Shown: piece by piece, positions 1 to 18,760 of the stretch | Numbering within the stretch: the stretch's first letter is position 1 | How the letters are laid out: every line of letters begins with the position of its first letter | Assembly: GCA_012295275.1 (NCBI GenBank) | Contig: CM022668.1 | Location: 9,672,001 to 9,736,000 of the forward strand | Reading direction: 5' to 3' | DNA from: Chrysomallon squamiferum | Taxonomy: Eukaryota > Animalia > Mollusca | DNA: 64,000 bases | Program-made: the position numbers and the translations under genes | The notes under the pieces: model-generated | What the model saw: only the letters and a program-made list of their open reading frames with translations | Database searches by the model: none | What the model was told of the DNA's origin: nothing

Positions 1-149
1 TGGCTGATTGGTGACGGTTAATTAAATTGGTTCATTGATTGATTGTGACGTAAGTTAACTGATTAATTCAGTGATTTCTTGGTAGTTGATTGATTGGTTC
101 ATTGTATTTAATTCACTGTAACCAGTTTTAAATTATAAGACAATGAATA

Positions 150-425
150 ACTATGTTAAAGTGAGTCAGTGAGTCAGTGAATAACTAAGTTACAATCTTT
201 ATGCATGTGAGTCTAAATTTTATTAGTGAGTAACTAAGTTATTCAGTGACTCAGTGAGTAACTTTAATTCAGTGAGTCAGTGAGTCAGTGACTCTTAATT
301 CAGTGAGTCAGTGAAACTAAGTTACACTCTTAATTCAGTGAGTCAGTGAGTAACTAAGTTACATTCTTTAATGTGTGAGTAACTAAATTACATTCTTTAT
401 GCAGTGAGTCAGTGAGTAACTCACA
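150..425. repeat. Degenerate intronic tandem repeat built on CAGTGAGT / TAACTAAGTTAC units
   Basis: Repeated agtgagtcagtgag and taactaagttac motifs are visible directly. Confidence 0.8.
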
Positions 426-445
426 GTTTGGTTGTTGTTTTTCAG

Positions 446-5150
<4,705 letters not shown>

Positions 5151-5525
5151 CAGAATTTTATTTTATTAATTACTGTTTATTTTTCACCTCCATTTACTTA
5201 CATACATCTCACTCTCATCTCATCATTTTGCCTGTATTCCAATTAAGCCATGTTTAACTTAGAGTAGTGCCCCTTTGGAACATCTTCACTGTTATTTATC
5301 TTGACTTTTTAAAAAGTTCTTTAATAAATACTTTATTGTTTTATATATTGTATAAATATGCATACAAATTAAAAGTTATTATTATTATAATTATTAAAAT
5401 TAATGTTTTCTTTAAAACAAAAAAAATAAATGAAGCATTTTAATTAAAATTCTGTTCTTTCTGATAATAAGAAATGTTTTCAATTATTTTTGTTTAATTT
5501 TTATATTCAAATCACAAAATTCTGT

Positions 5526-5571
<46 letters not shown>

Positions 5572-7985
5572 CATGACATTTATTTACTTTTAGGTAACAT
5601 ACACACTGTTTTTTACCTGCTTCCATTTTGAAAGTATTTTGACCATTTTTATGATGTAAGCATTCACTAAAACTCACCATACCCATCCTACAGTGTTTTA
5701 TATTGCCAAAATGTCACAATTATTTCAGATGTTTTTCGTTTTTCCTGTAGCAGACATTTTATAGTTTTATGGTTACAAATATTTTTGACTCCTGAATACG
5801 CTAGTGTCATATGATTATGTGGAACACAGGTGGATGGTTAGAAGGAGGTACTGATGAATAGATGGACAGATGGATGAATGAAGAAATGAATGGTAGATGA
5901 ATGAATTAAAATTACAAATACAGAAATGACTATTGTGTATATAACTGTAAAAATTTGTAAAAGTAGTAATAATTAACTAGGAAGTGAGGTATGTGTCAGA
6001 GAATGTCATAAATTATGTTAATTAATTTATGTAAATGTGTCACTGGTTAACATAAATTATGTTATAATATATACCATATTAATAGACATTTTATCAATTT
6101 ATGAATCTTATTTCCATTAATTAACATTAAAATATGTTATTTCATGTGTTTCATTAAAACATACTAATTTATGAAGATAGATTATAATAATTGGAATAAA
6201 CTAACACATATTCACTAATTTTTTATTAGATTGCATAAATTATTTTAAAAATTTAAATTGCTTATAACAGTATAAACAATTAATTAACATAAATAATTTT
6301 ATGTTAATTTGTTTGGATATATTTATCACATCTATTTCATAGTTTATATTGTTATGAGAAATGAATATTAAAATAATTTTTTTAATTTAAAAATTATTCT
6401 TAGCAGTATTAGTGCTTTTAAAAATAAATTTTGTTACCCTCCTGTTTTTGGTATCTAAATTGGTGCTTTCACTTCCACTTCCACTTCCACTTCCACTTTC
6501 ACTTTCACTTTCACTTTCACTTTAGTTTTATTTAGTACTTTTTGTTTTCTGCTGTTTTTATCATTAAAGTAATTTTTATAATATTTCTCTTATAATAAAC
6601 TCTTTTTTCATGTTGATATATAAAAGTAGTTTAATCTCTTTTGATGTATTTTTGATGAATATTAAAACTGTTTTTAAATTTACCTTGTAATTTTGAAGAA
6701 CAAGAAAATTATATGTGATGTTTTTTTGTTTTTGTGTGTGTGTGTGTGGATGTGTGATTTCTGAACTATCATATGTTAACAAATTTATATATATATTATT
6801 GGTTTTTTCAAAAGTATTGTATAAACTTTTTTTTAAATACTTTTTGAATCTAGCATTGTATTTTCAAAAATTAAAATAAATTAAATTAAATAAATAAGTA
6901 AATAAAATATATACTATAAAGGAATGAATGAATAAATAAAGGAAACTATGAATGAATGTGTGACTGAATAAATAAATAAGTAAATTAATTTTAAAAAAGG
7001 AATGAGTGAATGAATGGATGAATGAATGAATTAAATAATTATTACTCACTTTATTCATTGATGTATGTAATTATTAACGATAATGTGCCAATTTAAAGAT
7101 CTGATTGATTTCTGATCCTTCATACAGTCATATCTACTCACATGTACTCACATCTACTCACTACAGCAAGATTTCTTTTACTATCTGATACCTGTGACCT
7201 AGATTTATTCTATGTGTGTCTCAAAACTGTTTGGAATGGGAAATTACTGCTGAAATAAAGATATTTGCAGTGTCATGTAGAAATAGGTTTTATTCTTCTT
7301 TTGGTTAGATTGAGCAAAAATAGTACCAAATCAGAATAAAAAACGTTTTTTGGTTTGTTTTTCTTTTCTTTTTCTTTTTTCTGTGAGCAGTTTCAAAAGT
7401 TTATATTTTTTAATATTTTTAACAGTGACTGATTTTTGGTTAGATTGGGAAATATTATCAGTTTCTAGTAGCAGGTCAAAATGTTATAATATTTTCTTCT
7501 TCACAGTGATGTTTTTTTTTCTTTTCTTTTTTCTTTTTTTTTAATTTGTAAACTGAAAAAAATGGAATTATCAAGTTTTATTAAAATGGTTTTGTAAATT
7601 GTTGGTTAGGTTGGAAATGAACTGGAATTATTTATTGGATAAAAATGCTACAGAAATATAATTTATCCGTGAGAATATTTGTTAAATATCTGAAAATCTC
7701 TGTAATTCAGATGGTTGATCCCAAGAAAGGAATAATTTTTATTTTGTTAAACTGAAACAGTTTTTTCTAAATTGTAAATTTCTGGTTGGATTGTTTTACA
7801 AGTGTGGTTGTTTGTCGGGTGGGGTGTTTTCAAATACAAATATTGATGAAACAGTATTATAGAACAACCTGCTGAAATTGTTTTTTTCAAAGAAATGTTC
7901 CCATGTAAACTTCAGAAGTTTGATGAGGAAAAGGTAAATTGTGGGAGAATTTTCTCCATTTGTTAATTATTTGTTAAGCCTTGTA

Positions 7986-8032
<47 letters not shown>

Positions 8033-8494
8033 CTTTAATTTTTTTTTTTAAATATATAATTCTATTAATATATACTTGTACACCATTTTGTTCTCTTTTT
8101 TTTCTTCTGTTTTTATTTATTATTTTTTCCTGTTCAGGATCAGATATTATTTTAATTGTTTTCTTGTTTCCATGACTACTGTTGTTACTGTTTACAATTC
8201 CAGGAAGTGTTGTGGTTTTTAATTTCCTATCTTGCTATGTATCATGACTGTTCTTGTTGTTGTTGTTGTTTTGTTTCACTTGGAAAGTTTTGTTTTAATA
8301 CCATTTGTGATACATTGACTGTTTAACTGAATTTATTTCCAATTTTCATTCTTCTGCACTGCACAACAGGGCTCAAGCCTGCTCATCGTGGGCCCATCTT
8401 TTCAACATGGGTTTGTCTAAATCAAATTTAATATGTATCTTTTAATGGTTTCATAGTATTACAACAGATCTCTATGGTGATACTGTAAAACAAA

Positions 8495-8960
8495 TTTTCA
8501 TTGGTTAAAATATCCTATGTGATGGATATGATTGGCTGAATGTAAAACTAAAAGTCAGTGCTTAAAATACATTTGACTGGTTATATTCAGTTTTAACAGT
8601 AATTTGGTAAAATATTGTATATAACAAAAAATCTAATTGGCTCTGTTTAAAATTAACATTCATTGGTTAAAACATTTTATAAACCCAATATAATTAGCTG
8701 AACATATACTATCAGTCATAGGTAATAATAATTTGAATACTGTGACAGACTGTCTGTATGCAAACAAGAAAATTCCCAGGTAAAATGCTTTAACCAGATA
8801 CCTGATTGGTTGAAAGAATTTTGTACAACAGATCTGATTGGTTGAAAGTATTTTGTACAGTAGATCTCATTGGTTAAAAATGCTTTTGTTAATTAGACTT
8901 AATTGTCTGTATGTTAACTTAATAGGCACTGGTTGAAATAACAGATCTGACTGGTTATGT
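8495..8960. repeat. Degenerate ~30-bp tandem repeat with ATTGG/ACTGG core
   Basis: Recurrent cattggttaaaa, gattggttgaaag and gactggtta units, e.g. near-identical copies at 8796-8830 and 8830-8862. Confidence 0.65.
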
Positions 8961-11203
8961 GTAAAATAAAAAGAAATATTTAGTGAAAAGGGATGGATAT
9001 GGACATTCATAAATTTAATAAGACATGGATTAAAATATTGTGTTATGCAGACAGTGCTAAGTGTAAAATGTATAAACAATCAAATTTAATAATAAAAATG
9101 TTCTTTATTTGATTTTGTTATCCTGAAACAGGCTATATCTAAAATTGTTTCTTTTCCCCTAACATTCTCTTCTTTTTCTGGACACCAGAATTTAAACCTT
9201 TTATAAACTTCATTTTTCCACACATTATTTTTTTACATCTTATTTAACCGTTCATAATGGCTGACCACCTAAATATTATAAGATTATAAAATAACAACAT
9301 GAAAGTGTACTGAATTTTATTACATCATTTATTACCAATGATGCACTTTAAAACGTTTTAAAATCTTGCCCACTTTATTCCATATATTTTAACTTTCTTA
9401 TTTTTATTTGACTGTTTTACTAAACATACAAAACCCTTTTATTCATTACCTCAGTGTTAATTATACATTTTACAATATCCATCCATGTTTTTGTTAACTT
9501 ATCTTTGTTATGTGTGTAGTCTTTATTTTTTACATTACTTGAATATGACTATAGAATATTTCAAAATCTTGTTCTGTACATAAAGATGTACATTATTTAA
9601 AAAGAAAATACCTTTATTGATAAATCTGTACATATTTTTAAAATTTTTAAATATTTTTTGTTTAATGATTATTAGTCTATGGACTGGTTCCCATTTTTTT
9701 TTTTTGTTCAGTTTTGTTTCACTACCAAGTTTTAAATTATGAAATAAATTTATCACTATTGAACCAAACTGGTGTTATTGTTTATTTACTTATATTTATT
9801 TTAATCATTTCTTATTCAGTCAAAAGGCCAGGCTGTAGGTTTGTTATATAAATTCCAAATTGGAATTATCACAGGCTGAATGTTCCCAAGTGATCAAATG
9901 GCCTATTTCCCAATCCAACTTTTGCTACTGAAAGGTATATATAAAATAATTATGACAAATACTGATTTCTGTTCAAATGAAATGTGTTTTACCAGAGAAA
10001 GTTGAACAGTTTTATAAAAAATGTATTTTAAAAGCTTATATAAATACCAGTTTTATGCAGAACATAGGAGGGTGTCAGCATAAATATTTTAATAACAGTA
10101 GTAATAGCGTTAACAGCAGAAATAGCAGTAGTAGCAGCAGCACTAGAAACAGTAGTAGTAGTGGCAGAGTAGAAACAGTGGCAACAGTTATATTTGTAAT
10201 AGATAATATTCTAAATAGAAGAAAATAAAAACAACAACAAAATCTTTGCTTTCACCATTATATATTCAAAATATACGTTAGACCCTCATTAATACACATT
10301 TCACAATCAAAATAAATGTTTTATCAAAAACTGTGTAAACTAACTACAAGTATACAGTATGAGTGAAAGTAACAAACCTCTACAAAAATAATAATGTTCA
10401 TAATTTATAAAACTGGTAATAGGATTTCCAAATTACATAATTCATTAACTTGCATAGACCAGTTGTAATTACAGCCACAACCATTATTGCCTAGGCAAAG
10501 AACATAACAAAGACTGATTACCCATCTAAATCTTATTAATTCAAACTTAGGGCCATAATAATCCATGGTTAGGTCCCTAGAGTTTTATGACACCTGGCAC
10601 CAACAGTGCCTCAACAAAACAACAACTGAAAAAAACCTCAATACTACTACTACTACTAATAATAATAATAGTAATATTAGTAATAATAATACTAATAATA
10701 CTACTTAATAATAATAATAACAATAATAATAATAATAATAATCACTATAATAAAAATAATATAAAATAACTCATATGATTAACAATGAAATAATTATATT
10801 TATACATCATATTATTCATAAAAGTAATACTCGTAATTCCCATTAAACTTTTTATAAAAATCACTCAGCTTATTTTATTTCATTTCTGGCACTTCAAATT
10901 AACATTTCAGTGTAATATATTAATATTATAAGCAATGTTACAAATGATGACAATTTGGCAAACTTCAAGTAACATATTTTTTTATTTAATTGAGACTTGA
11001 TATCAGATGAAAATAATTAAAGTGATGACATGATCTTAATGTGGCTCTGTCTATAACACACATGTCTGTGTGTCTTCCAGTGTAGTTTTAAGTATCTGCC
11101 AATGTATGTACATACTTATGTGAATGTACCTGCATGTCTCTTCATGCTATATGTAGATATGTCTAAATATGTACAAATATGTGTATACATACATACATAC
11201 ATG

Positions 11204-11234
<31 letters not shown>

Positions 11235-11608
11235 TTGAACATAGCTTTAAATATCTAAATGCATAAATATATGTAAGTACATCAAAATGTGACCATTATA
11301 AATATATAACAAAACAAAAAAATAATAATAAATAAATAAATAAAAAAATAATAATAATAATAATCAAGAAAAATTAAAATTAAAATAAAAAAATTCAATT
11401 ATTGCAGTTTTGCCAAACCAAAGCCTATGTTTATACAACAATGTAACAAACTAATCACTAGTGTTCTGATTTTGAACAAAATTAACTAATTAAAGTTTCA
11501 CCTAAATAGTTTTTATAACAAAGATATAAATAAAATTAATATTTTTAGCTATCCCAAATATCTGTTAGTTCATAATGAGCCTACATAAAGAACTAGTCCC
11601 AAGAACAA

Positions 11609-11667
<59 letters not shown>

Positions 11668-12150
11668 CTTAATAGTAATAATAGTAATAATACTGATAAC
11701 ATTGATAATAATGATAATAATAATTATAAATAATAAATAATAATTTACAAATTCAACAATAACAGTACAAGGAATAACCTCATAAAAAATCCAAAAATAT
11801 TAAATATAAAAATTTTATGTTTGTTTAGGATTTCAGGTGACTGCATCCAGAAAATTTATGCATGGAACTAATCATAATATAAAAACATTTCTGATAAAGA
11901 TTTTACACAAAACACCATAACTATAATATAAATAAATATAATTCTAACAAAACTAAGCATAATAACAGCTAATAAATATAATACTATTATTTGGAATTTA
12001 TCACAAAAAATATATAATTAAAAAATAATAATGATATTTAAAATAAAAAAAATAAAAAATAAAAAAATAAAAAAATATTTAAAAAAAAAAAAAATAAAAA
12101 CCTCTTGAGATTCAGACTTATCAGCAATGTTGACCACCTTAAAATATGTT

Positions 12151-13024
12151 TTAAATATTATCATTATTATTGACCTCTGACACACTCAGGGAAGAAGACA
12201 GATTATTTTGTTTTGTTGTGAGATTCAAATTGTTCTGGTTGGAATCATAAACACGGTTTTCCAAAGTGTCTGAATTGGAGTTATCTCCCACTTGTAATGT
12301 TTGTTTCTGGACTTCCATTTCAGTAGTTTCAAGTTTTGAATTGTTTTCATTTCCAGATGATTTCTCCTCATTTTGTGATTTCAACGTGGCATCGGTTTTT
12401 TCTGCTGCAGATATGTGTTGAGTTTTTTCATTGGTTAAATGTGAAACACCAGTAATGTTAGATTCTTCCTTATTGGTTATCTTTTCATGGACAACATTTT
12501 CTTTAACAGGACTACTTTCACCAGTTAGGTTATGTTCTGCAGGTATTTTTTCATCTGCCATAGTTTTAATGTTATCTGTTTTTTCACTGGTCACATTATT
12601 AATGTTATCTGTTCTTTCATTGGTCACGTTGTTAACATTATCTGTTCTCTCACTGGTCCCATGTTCACTGTTATTTGTATTTTCATTGGTGACGTGTGAT
12701 TCTTGTGCCCCTCCTCCTATCACATGATTCTGATGAAAGGAAGATTCTGGAATTTTCCGGGCAGGATTGTTCAGAGTGTGAACGGAATTAAAATTGGTCA
12801 GAGGTGGAATTGCTGGAATTGTAAGCTCCATTTCTTCCATGGAGATCTCCATTTCAAGCTGCTGCATCAGCTCAGAGAGTTTCTTGGCTTTGCGGATTTC
12901 GTTCTGGTTGATGATTGTGTACAGATGTTCTGTCAGCTGTTCTTTGGCTTCTCCTTTTTCAAACAGGTTCATTTTAGCTTTGATGAATTCTTGTTCAGCC
13001 TTTTCATACTTCCTCCTGATTTTG

Positions 13025-13119
<95 letters not shown>

Positions 13120-14470
13120 GTAATATATTGATAGAACAAAATACATTATCAAAATAGGTAATTTGGATAATAAAACACTTCTAAAATAAAAAGATAAAAT
13201 AATGAAATATTGATAAAATAAAAAAACAAAACTAACAATACAATAATAAGGAAAAAAAAAGATAACAGGAAGACAGATTTTAAATAATAAAAATGATTAT
13301 GAAATAGCAAAACAATAAAAACACATTCATCATTAACACTTTTCTCCGTCTCCATCTTCCATCTATCTCTCTCATTCACAAACACATATACACACATACA
13401 CTCTCTCACACTCTCTCTCTCTCTCTGTCTCTCTCTGTCTGTCTGTCTGTCTCTCTCTTCTCTCAGCTAAACTTACTGGGCATCCTGGTACTGCAGACTT
13501 GCCTCCTCTATTTTGTCTCTGATGATACTGACATCAGCTGACAACAAATCATCAAGATGACTCAGCTCTTTCTGTATCTTAGTTAACTTCTCACTCTCTG
13601 CCTTAGCCGCCTTCTTTCTGTTACAAAATAAATAAATGAACAAATAGACCACTACATATACTGTTACAAATAAATAAATATACTTGTATAGATATGATCG
13701 TAAACTCACACATAATATACACAAAGTTTATAGACAACCTATAAACCTATAATGATAAACATACAAAATAAGTAAATGATAGAATTTTAAAATAAAAAAT
13801 AACAGCACTATAATAATATTATTATTCCATTTATTAATCTTTTCCAAATTCAACAATTTTCACTATTTCCTTATATATCAGTCAGTAACATATACACACA
13901 CACACACACAGGAAATAATTTTGTTGAACAGTAAGTAATTCATTCATTTGCCTTAGCTCAGGAAATTCATTTATTAATAGGTACTGAATTATGTTTAAAA
14001 TAATTAAATATACATTTATTAAAGTATGCACTTTATCTGAGATTTAGTTAATTATGTTAAATCTGTTTGAATAAAACAGGTAATACTAAGATCCCAGTTA
14101 CTAGACTATGATACCCCAAATATTGTAGAGATTGTGAATTTTACATTTAATAAGATATTCTGATTAAATCCACAGACAAACAAATGTTCAAAACATTCAC
14201 CTTTCATTAATGGCCTTGGTCAGATAATTTCTTTTCTGTTTGTTTGCTTCCTCAATCATCCTTTGTTGTCTTTGAAAGTGTTCCATTCTGTTCAGTTCAG
14301 AACTATAAAAACAATTAACAAATAAACTTAATACAAATAATAACAACAACAATAATAATGTTATAATTAATAATAACAAATAATAATAATAATAACTTAT
14401 AATAATAAGAAGAAGATTAGAAATTAGAAGAAGAAGAAATAAGAATAACATTACTTCAGATAATATACAC

Positions 14471-14504
<34 letters not shown>

Positions 14505-15033
14505 TATATTGACATGTGATGCAAATGCAGATTAATCAATTTAGGAAACAATAATTTTTGTAATAAAATAAACTAATATTCATCATAGGAATAATAAAAA
14601 ATGTGTACTTTTTCAAAACGAGTTTACACTCTTAACTGACAGATAGAAAATAATTACACAAAATGTTTCACCTAAGTACTTCATTTTCATCAAGCTCTCT
14701 TGCTTCATTTTCATCACTTTTAGCTTCTTGTGCTACTTTCTGTTGTCCAGTTTCTTCTTCAGTTTTGGTGGTCACCTTGTCCTGGTTACTGCTGACCACC
14801 TCTTTAGAGGGTTTATTTGTGACAGGTTTTGTGTTTTGTGGCTGGCTCAGCCGTTCTGATGGATGAAGTGATTGTGACGGGACCTCATTTTGTCGACTGA
14901 CAAACTGGCTTCTGTTTGTTCTGGGACGTTTAATCTGTGCTTGCTTTTTAACAGCTGTAATAATAATAAGAAGAAGAAGAAGAAGAAGAATAATAAGAAT
15001 AATATAATGTAGTAGTAATAATAATAATATAAT

Positions 15034-15066
<33 letters not shown>

Positions 15067-15551
15067 TAATGTAGTAGTAGTAATAATAATAATAAATAAA
15101 TAAATAAATAACGAGTATAATGATGATAATCACAAATATGTGTTTTGTGTCCTTGTGTGTTGTTAGAATATGTCTCCTTGGGCATAATTAGTACTATGTA
15201 ATACGATATTGGTTTATTAACAAAATAAAAATTTAAAGGGTCTACATATAATTAAGTAAACTGCCAAAAACGAAGAAGGAAAAAAAAAACACTTTAACAC
15301 TAAAAATGCTCAGTTAACAACTTCGTAGAAATAGGAAAGTCTTAACGCTTAAGAAAGTCTTAGAGCTACATGTGCTGCTTCTTTCGTTACGACTTAAAAC
15401 TTCTAGTAAATGTTATAAAAAATTAGCTTTAATTTATTGTTATAATCTCACCAAATTTTCCATCTCCAGAAAACTGATTACCGTGGCTGTCTTTCCCTGA
15501 AACTTTAAGTTTCTTCAGATCTTCATCAGTGAATCCAGCCCAACCTGCCAT
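12151..15551 (-). CDS. GORAB: RAB6-interacting golgin (GORAB/SCYL1BP1), ~486 aa
   Basis: Exons (minus): 15551-15482, 14954-14672, 14302-14201, 13617-13477, 13015-12151. Phases are consistent and total 1461 nt. The N-terminus MAGWAGFTDEDLKKLK and the coiled coil (MIEEANKQKR...LDDLLSADVSIIRDKIEEAS...KEQLTEHLYTIINQNEIRKAKKLSELMQQL) are characteristic of GORAB. Confidence 0.93.
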
Positions 15552-15929
15552 GTTGTCAAACTTGTAACCTTAATAATACCGAACTTATTTTGACGTTTTC
15601 TATGTAATAATCTTAAGTACAAAGGGAAACAACTAGCTACAATAATAAATTTCCATATCGACTATGATCGCTGGCATTTCGACTGCTGTCGCACATGTTC
15701 GCAATATTCCGAAAATTTTCGATTTTAGCAGACGACGGTTTGAAATAAAACTTCATAAAGGTTTTTATTTTTATTTTTATTTAAAATAATCAGTAAAAAA
15801 GTAAACTAACGTTTCTAATTAACGGTGTTTAAAGAACTTTTAGAACAGTAACGAACATTCATTCATTCATTCATTTTATTTATTTATTTATTTATTTTTG
15901 TTTTGTTTTTAAGAGACCTTTGAAAAATA
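15552..15929. promoter_or_regulatory. Candidate bidirectional promoter shared by GORAB and CCNB1IP1
   Basis: The divergent start codons are only ~380 bp apart. The interval is locally CpG-rich against CpG-poor flanks. A probable HEI10 5'UTR acceptor (tttttaag) lies at ~15913. Confidence 0.7.
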
Positions 15930-18709
15930 ATGGAAGGAGATTTGATTTGTAATTTTAAGAAATGTCGAAAACATTTAAATACTTTTGCTTGGGTAAGTTA
16001 TTAGCTATAGTCAATGAACAATTTAATTAGACACAAATGTCATTTATTTATTTATTTATATACTATCATTTAAATTTTGTTATTATATATGTCTGACTGT
16101 GTAGATGAGTGCATTTCTATGTGTGCCTGCATGTGTTGTTTGTGACTTTATTGTGTATGTTGTGTGTATCTGTATTCTGTGTGTATGTGTGTATGGGGGA
16201 GTATTATATAAATAAGTTCATAGTTTTTTGATTATACAAATAACTTACCTTCAGTAGTATGTCTTCTTTATGTTAATATCTTTTAGATGCCAAATATTAA
16301 TCATATTTGTATTATATATTCATTTCTCTTTCAGGTTACTTCATGTTCCCGTATCCTTTTAAATTAAAACAGGAATCAATAAACTGTAGTACTTATGTTT
16401 TTAAATCATATTTGCTACTACTGTTGTTAGCTTTTTTTTTTTTTTTTTTTAATTCTTCTTTTTTCTTATATATCTCATTCTTAATTTTAAACCAAAAAAA
16501 TGTACATTAAATTGAGATTATGCATTATTTTGTTTCATTTTCATTTTACTATTTTCATGAATAATTTTTAAAATTTATATTTCTTAATGATTAGATATAT
16601 TTTGTGATGAACATGGGACAAAAGAGTTCAACAAATCATTCAGTTGTCCAGCATGTATGTACATTTAGTTACTCTATTTGAAAGTTTTCATAAAATTATA
16701 TTAAATTATGTTCTTAATTTAACTGTTTATTTCTGGATTATTATTTTGTTTTAACAGTAATATATTTAAAACTCCCAACAATTGAAAAAAATAACTATAA
16801 TAATAATAAATTAAATAAGTAACTTTTAGAATTTCTAATTTTCTGTTCAAAGTATAAATATCAGTTATAACTTTTATTATCTGTATTTAAGATTCAAAAA
16901 AATAAATATCTTTATTTAAGGTGAGACAGCTTTGTCGAGAAAATTTGACATAATTCGTATTGATCTTCAGCCATCTGAAGAATACAAATCAGTAAGTTTA
17001 CCTAATTATTTATTTTGGCTAGTTCATTTACAAACAGGAATACACTTACTATTATGTGTTTGAAATTTTATTTCTGTTCTATTGTAGATGGTTTTAGCTG
17101 GTCAGAAGCCTGAAGTTATCATGGAAATATGTGCTAGATCACTTGCATTTTGGACATATCAGGTGAAAGTATTAATAATTATATTTATTATAGTTTAGAG
17201 AAGATGTAAGAATATATAGTGATTTAATTTATTATTTATATTTGTAGGTTTATCTTAACATATTTTCTTACTTCCCTTTCTTTTGTTTTATTTTATTTTA
17301 ATACATTTTTACTTCAAACTTTATGCAATTTATTTCACTTCATATTTAACTGTTTTATATTTTTATTTTTGATGGACAATGTGTTTATCTTTTAATTATT
17401 TATATTTTATTTAACATTTGAATTAATTGTTAACTTTAATAGTATTTTATATTATAATGACATGTTTTTAGTCACACCAAGAGAAGGCCTATCAAGAATA
17501 CATGGCAACCAAGGCAAAGAACCAAGCAGTCCAGTTAGAACAGTATTATGAACAACTAATGATGCGTACACAGACAGAACTTTCTTGTATCTTTAGAGTT
17601 GTCATCCAAAAGAAAACAAGTATCAAAACACAGACCAAATTATGTATCATTTTCAAATATTTAGCTTCCACATATGAAATATAATATGTCTAAAATTAGA
17701 TTACAAAATGCTTGTTTTGTCAAATTTATTAATTTAAATTAAAAAAAAAAAAAGAAATAATAACTTATTTTGTATATAATTTATTTATGTTTTCATCTAA
17801 CTTTATTTTTCAAATTCTTTTTGATATACTTTAACTCCTTAATCCTTATTCAGCTCTCAAATCCAATCTTTCTGGTGAGTTTCTGTTTAACTTTATAAAT
17901 TTTGTGAATGATTCAGATTTTAACAATTTATAGCCATTTTTTACATTTTACTTTTTTTACTTCTTTTTTTCTGTCATTGTGACACATACACTGGTTCAAT
18001 AATTTTTTATTATTCTTATTATGTCTTTTTTTTTTTTTTAAAATTAAACTAATTTAATGTAATTGGTTAGAAGTGAAGAATAAAAAAGACTTAGTTTTAA
18101 CTTGAGTGTTGAAAAATTGCTAATGTTGTAGCTGTGAAAAGGGAGTTAGAAGAAGCAAAGAAGATGTGTAACAGTGTTGGAGAAAAGTTAATGGAAAGAA
18201 GCAGACAATATCACAAACTGCAGGTGACCCATTTAAAGCAAATAATTTAATTTATTTTAAATTTATACACTTCAGCATAATAAAGCTGTGTTTTTAGTAA
18301 AAGAAAATAATGGAGATTATATAGATATATAATGAAAGACAAACAGACAAATACTGAATGAAATAAAAATCTTTAATAATTCATGTTATTATTTTATACA
18401 AATTATTGTTTATTTATTTTTGGTTATTATTTATTTCTTTAATCTATTATTTATTTGATTATTGTGTTGTGATATGTTATTTATTTTCTAAGTATAAAAC
18501 TAATATAATTATCTGACAATGTATTTGTGTTAACCAGTCTCTGTATGATGCTTTGCGAAGGAAGTGCATCACCCCATCATCATTTGACAAATGTGGTGGT
18601 GATAACAACAGTCTGGAGCAAACCAGTACAAAATTTCAAAATTTTACTCTGGGACTGTCCTCAGCAGATGGTTAGTTAAATGTTTTGATATTCTTTTAAA
18701 AATTTTTTG

Positions 18710-18760
<51 letters not shown>

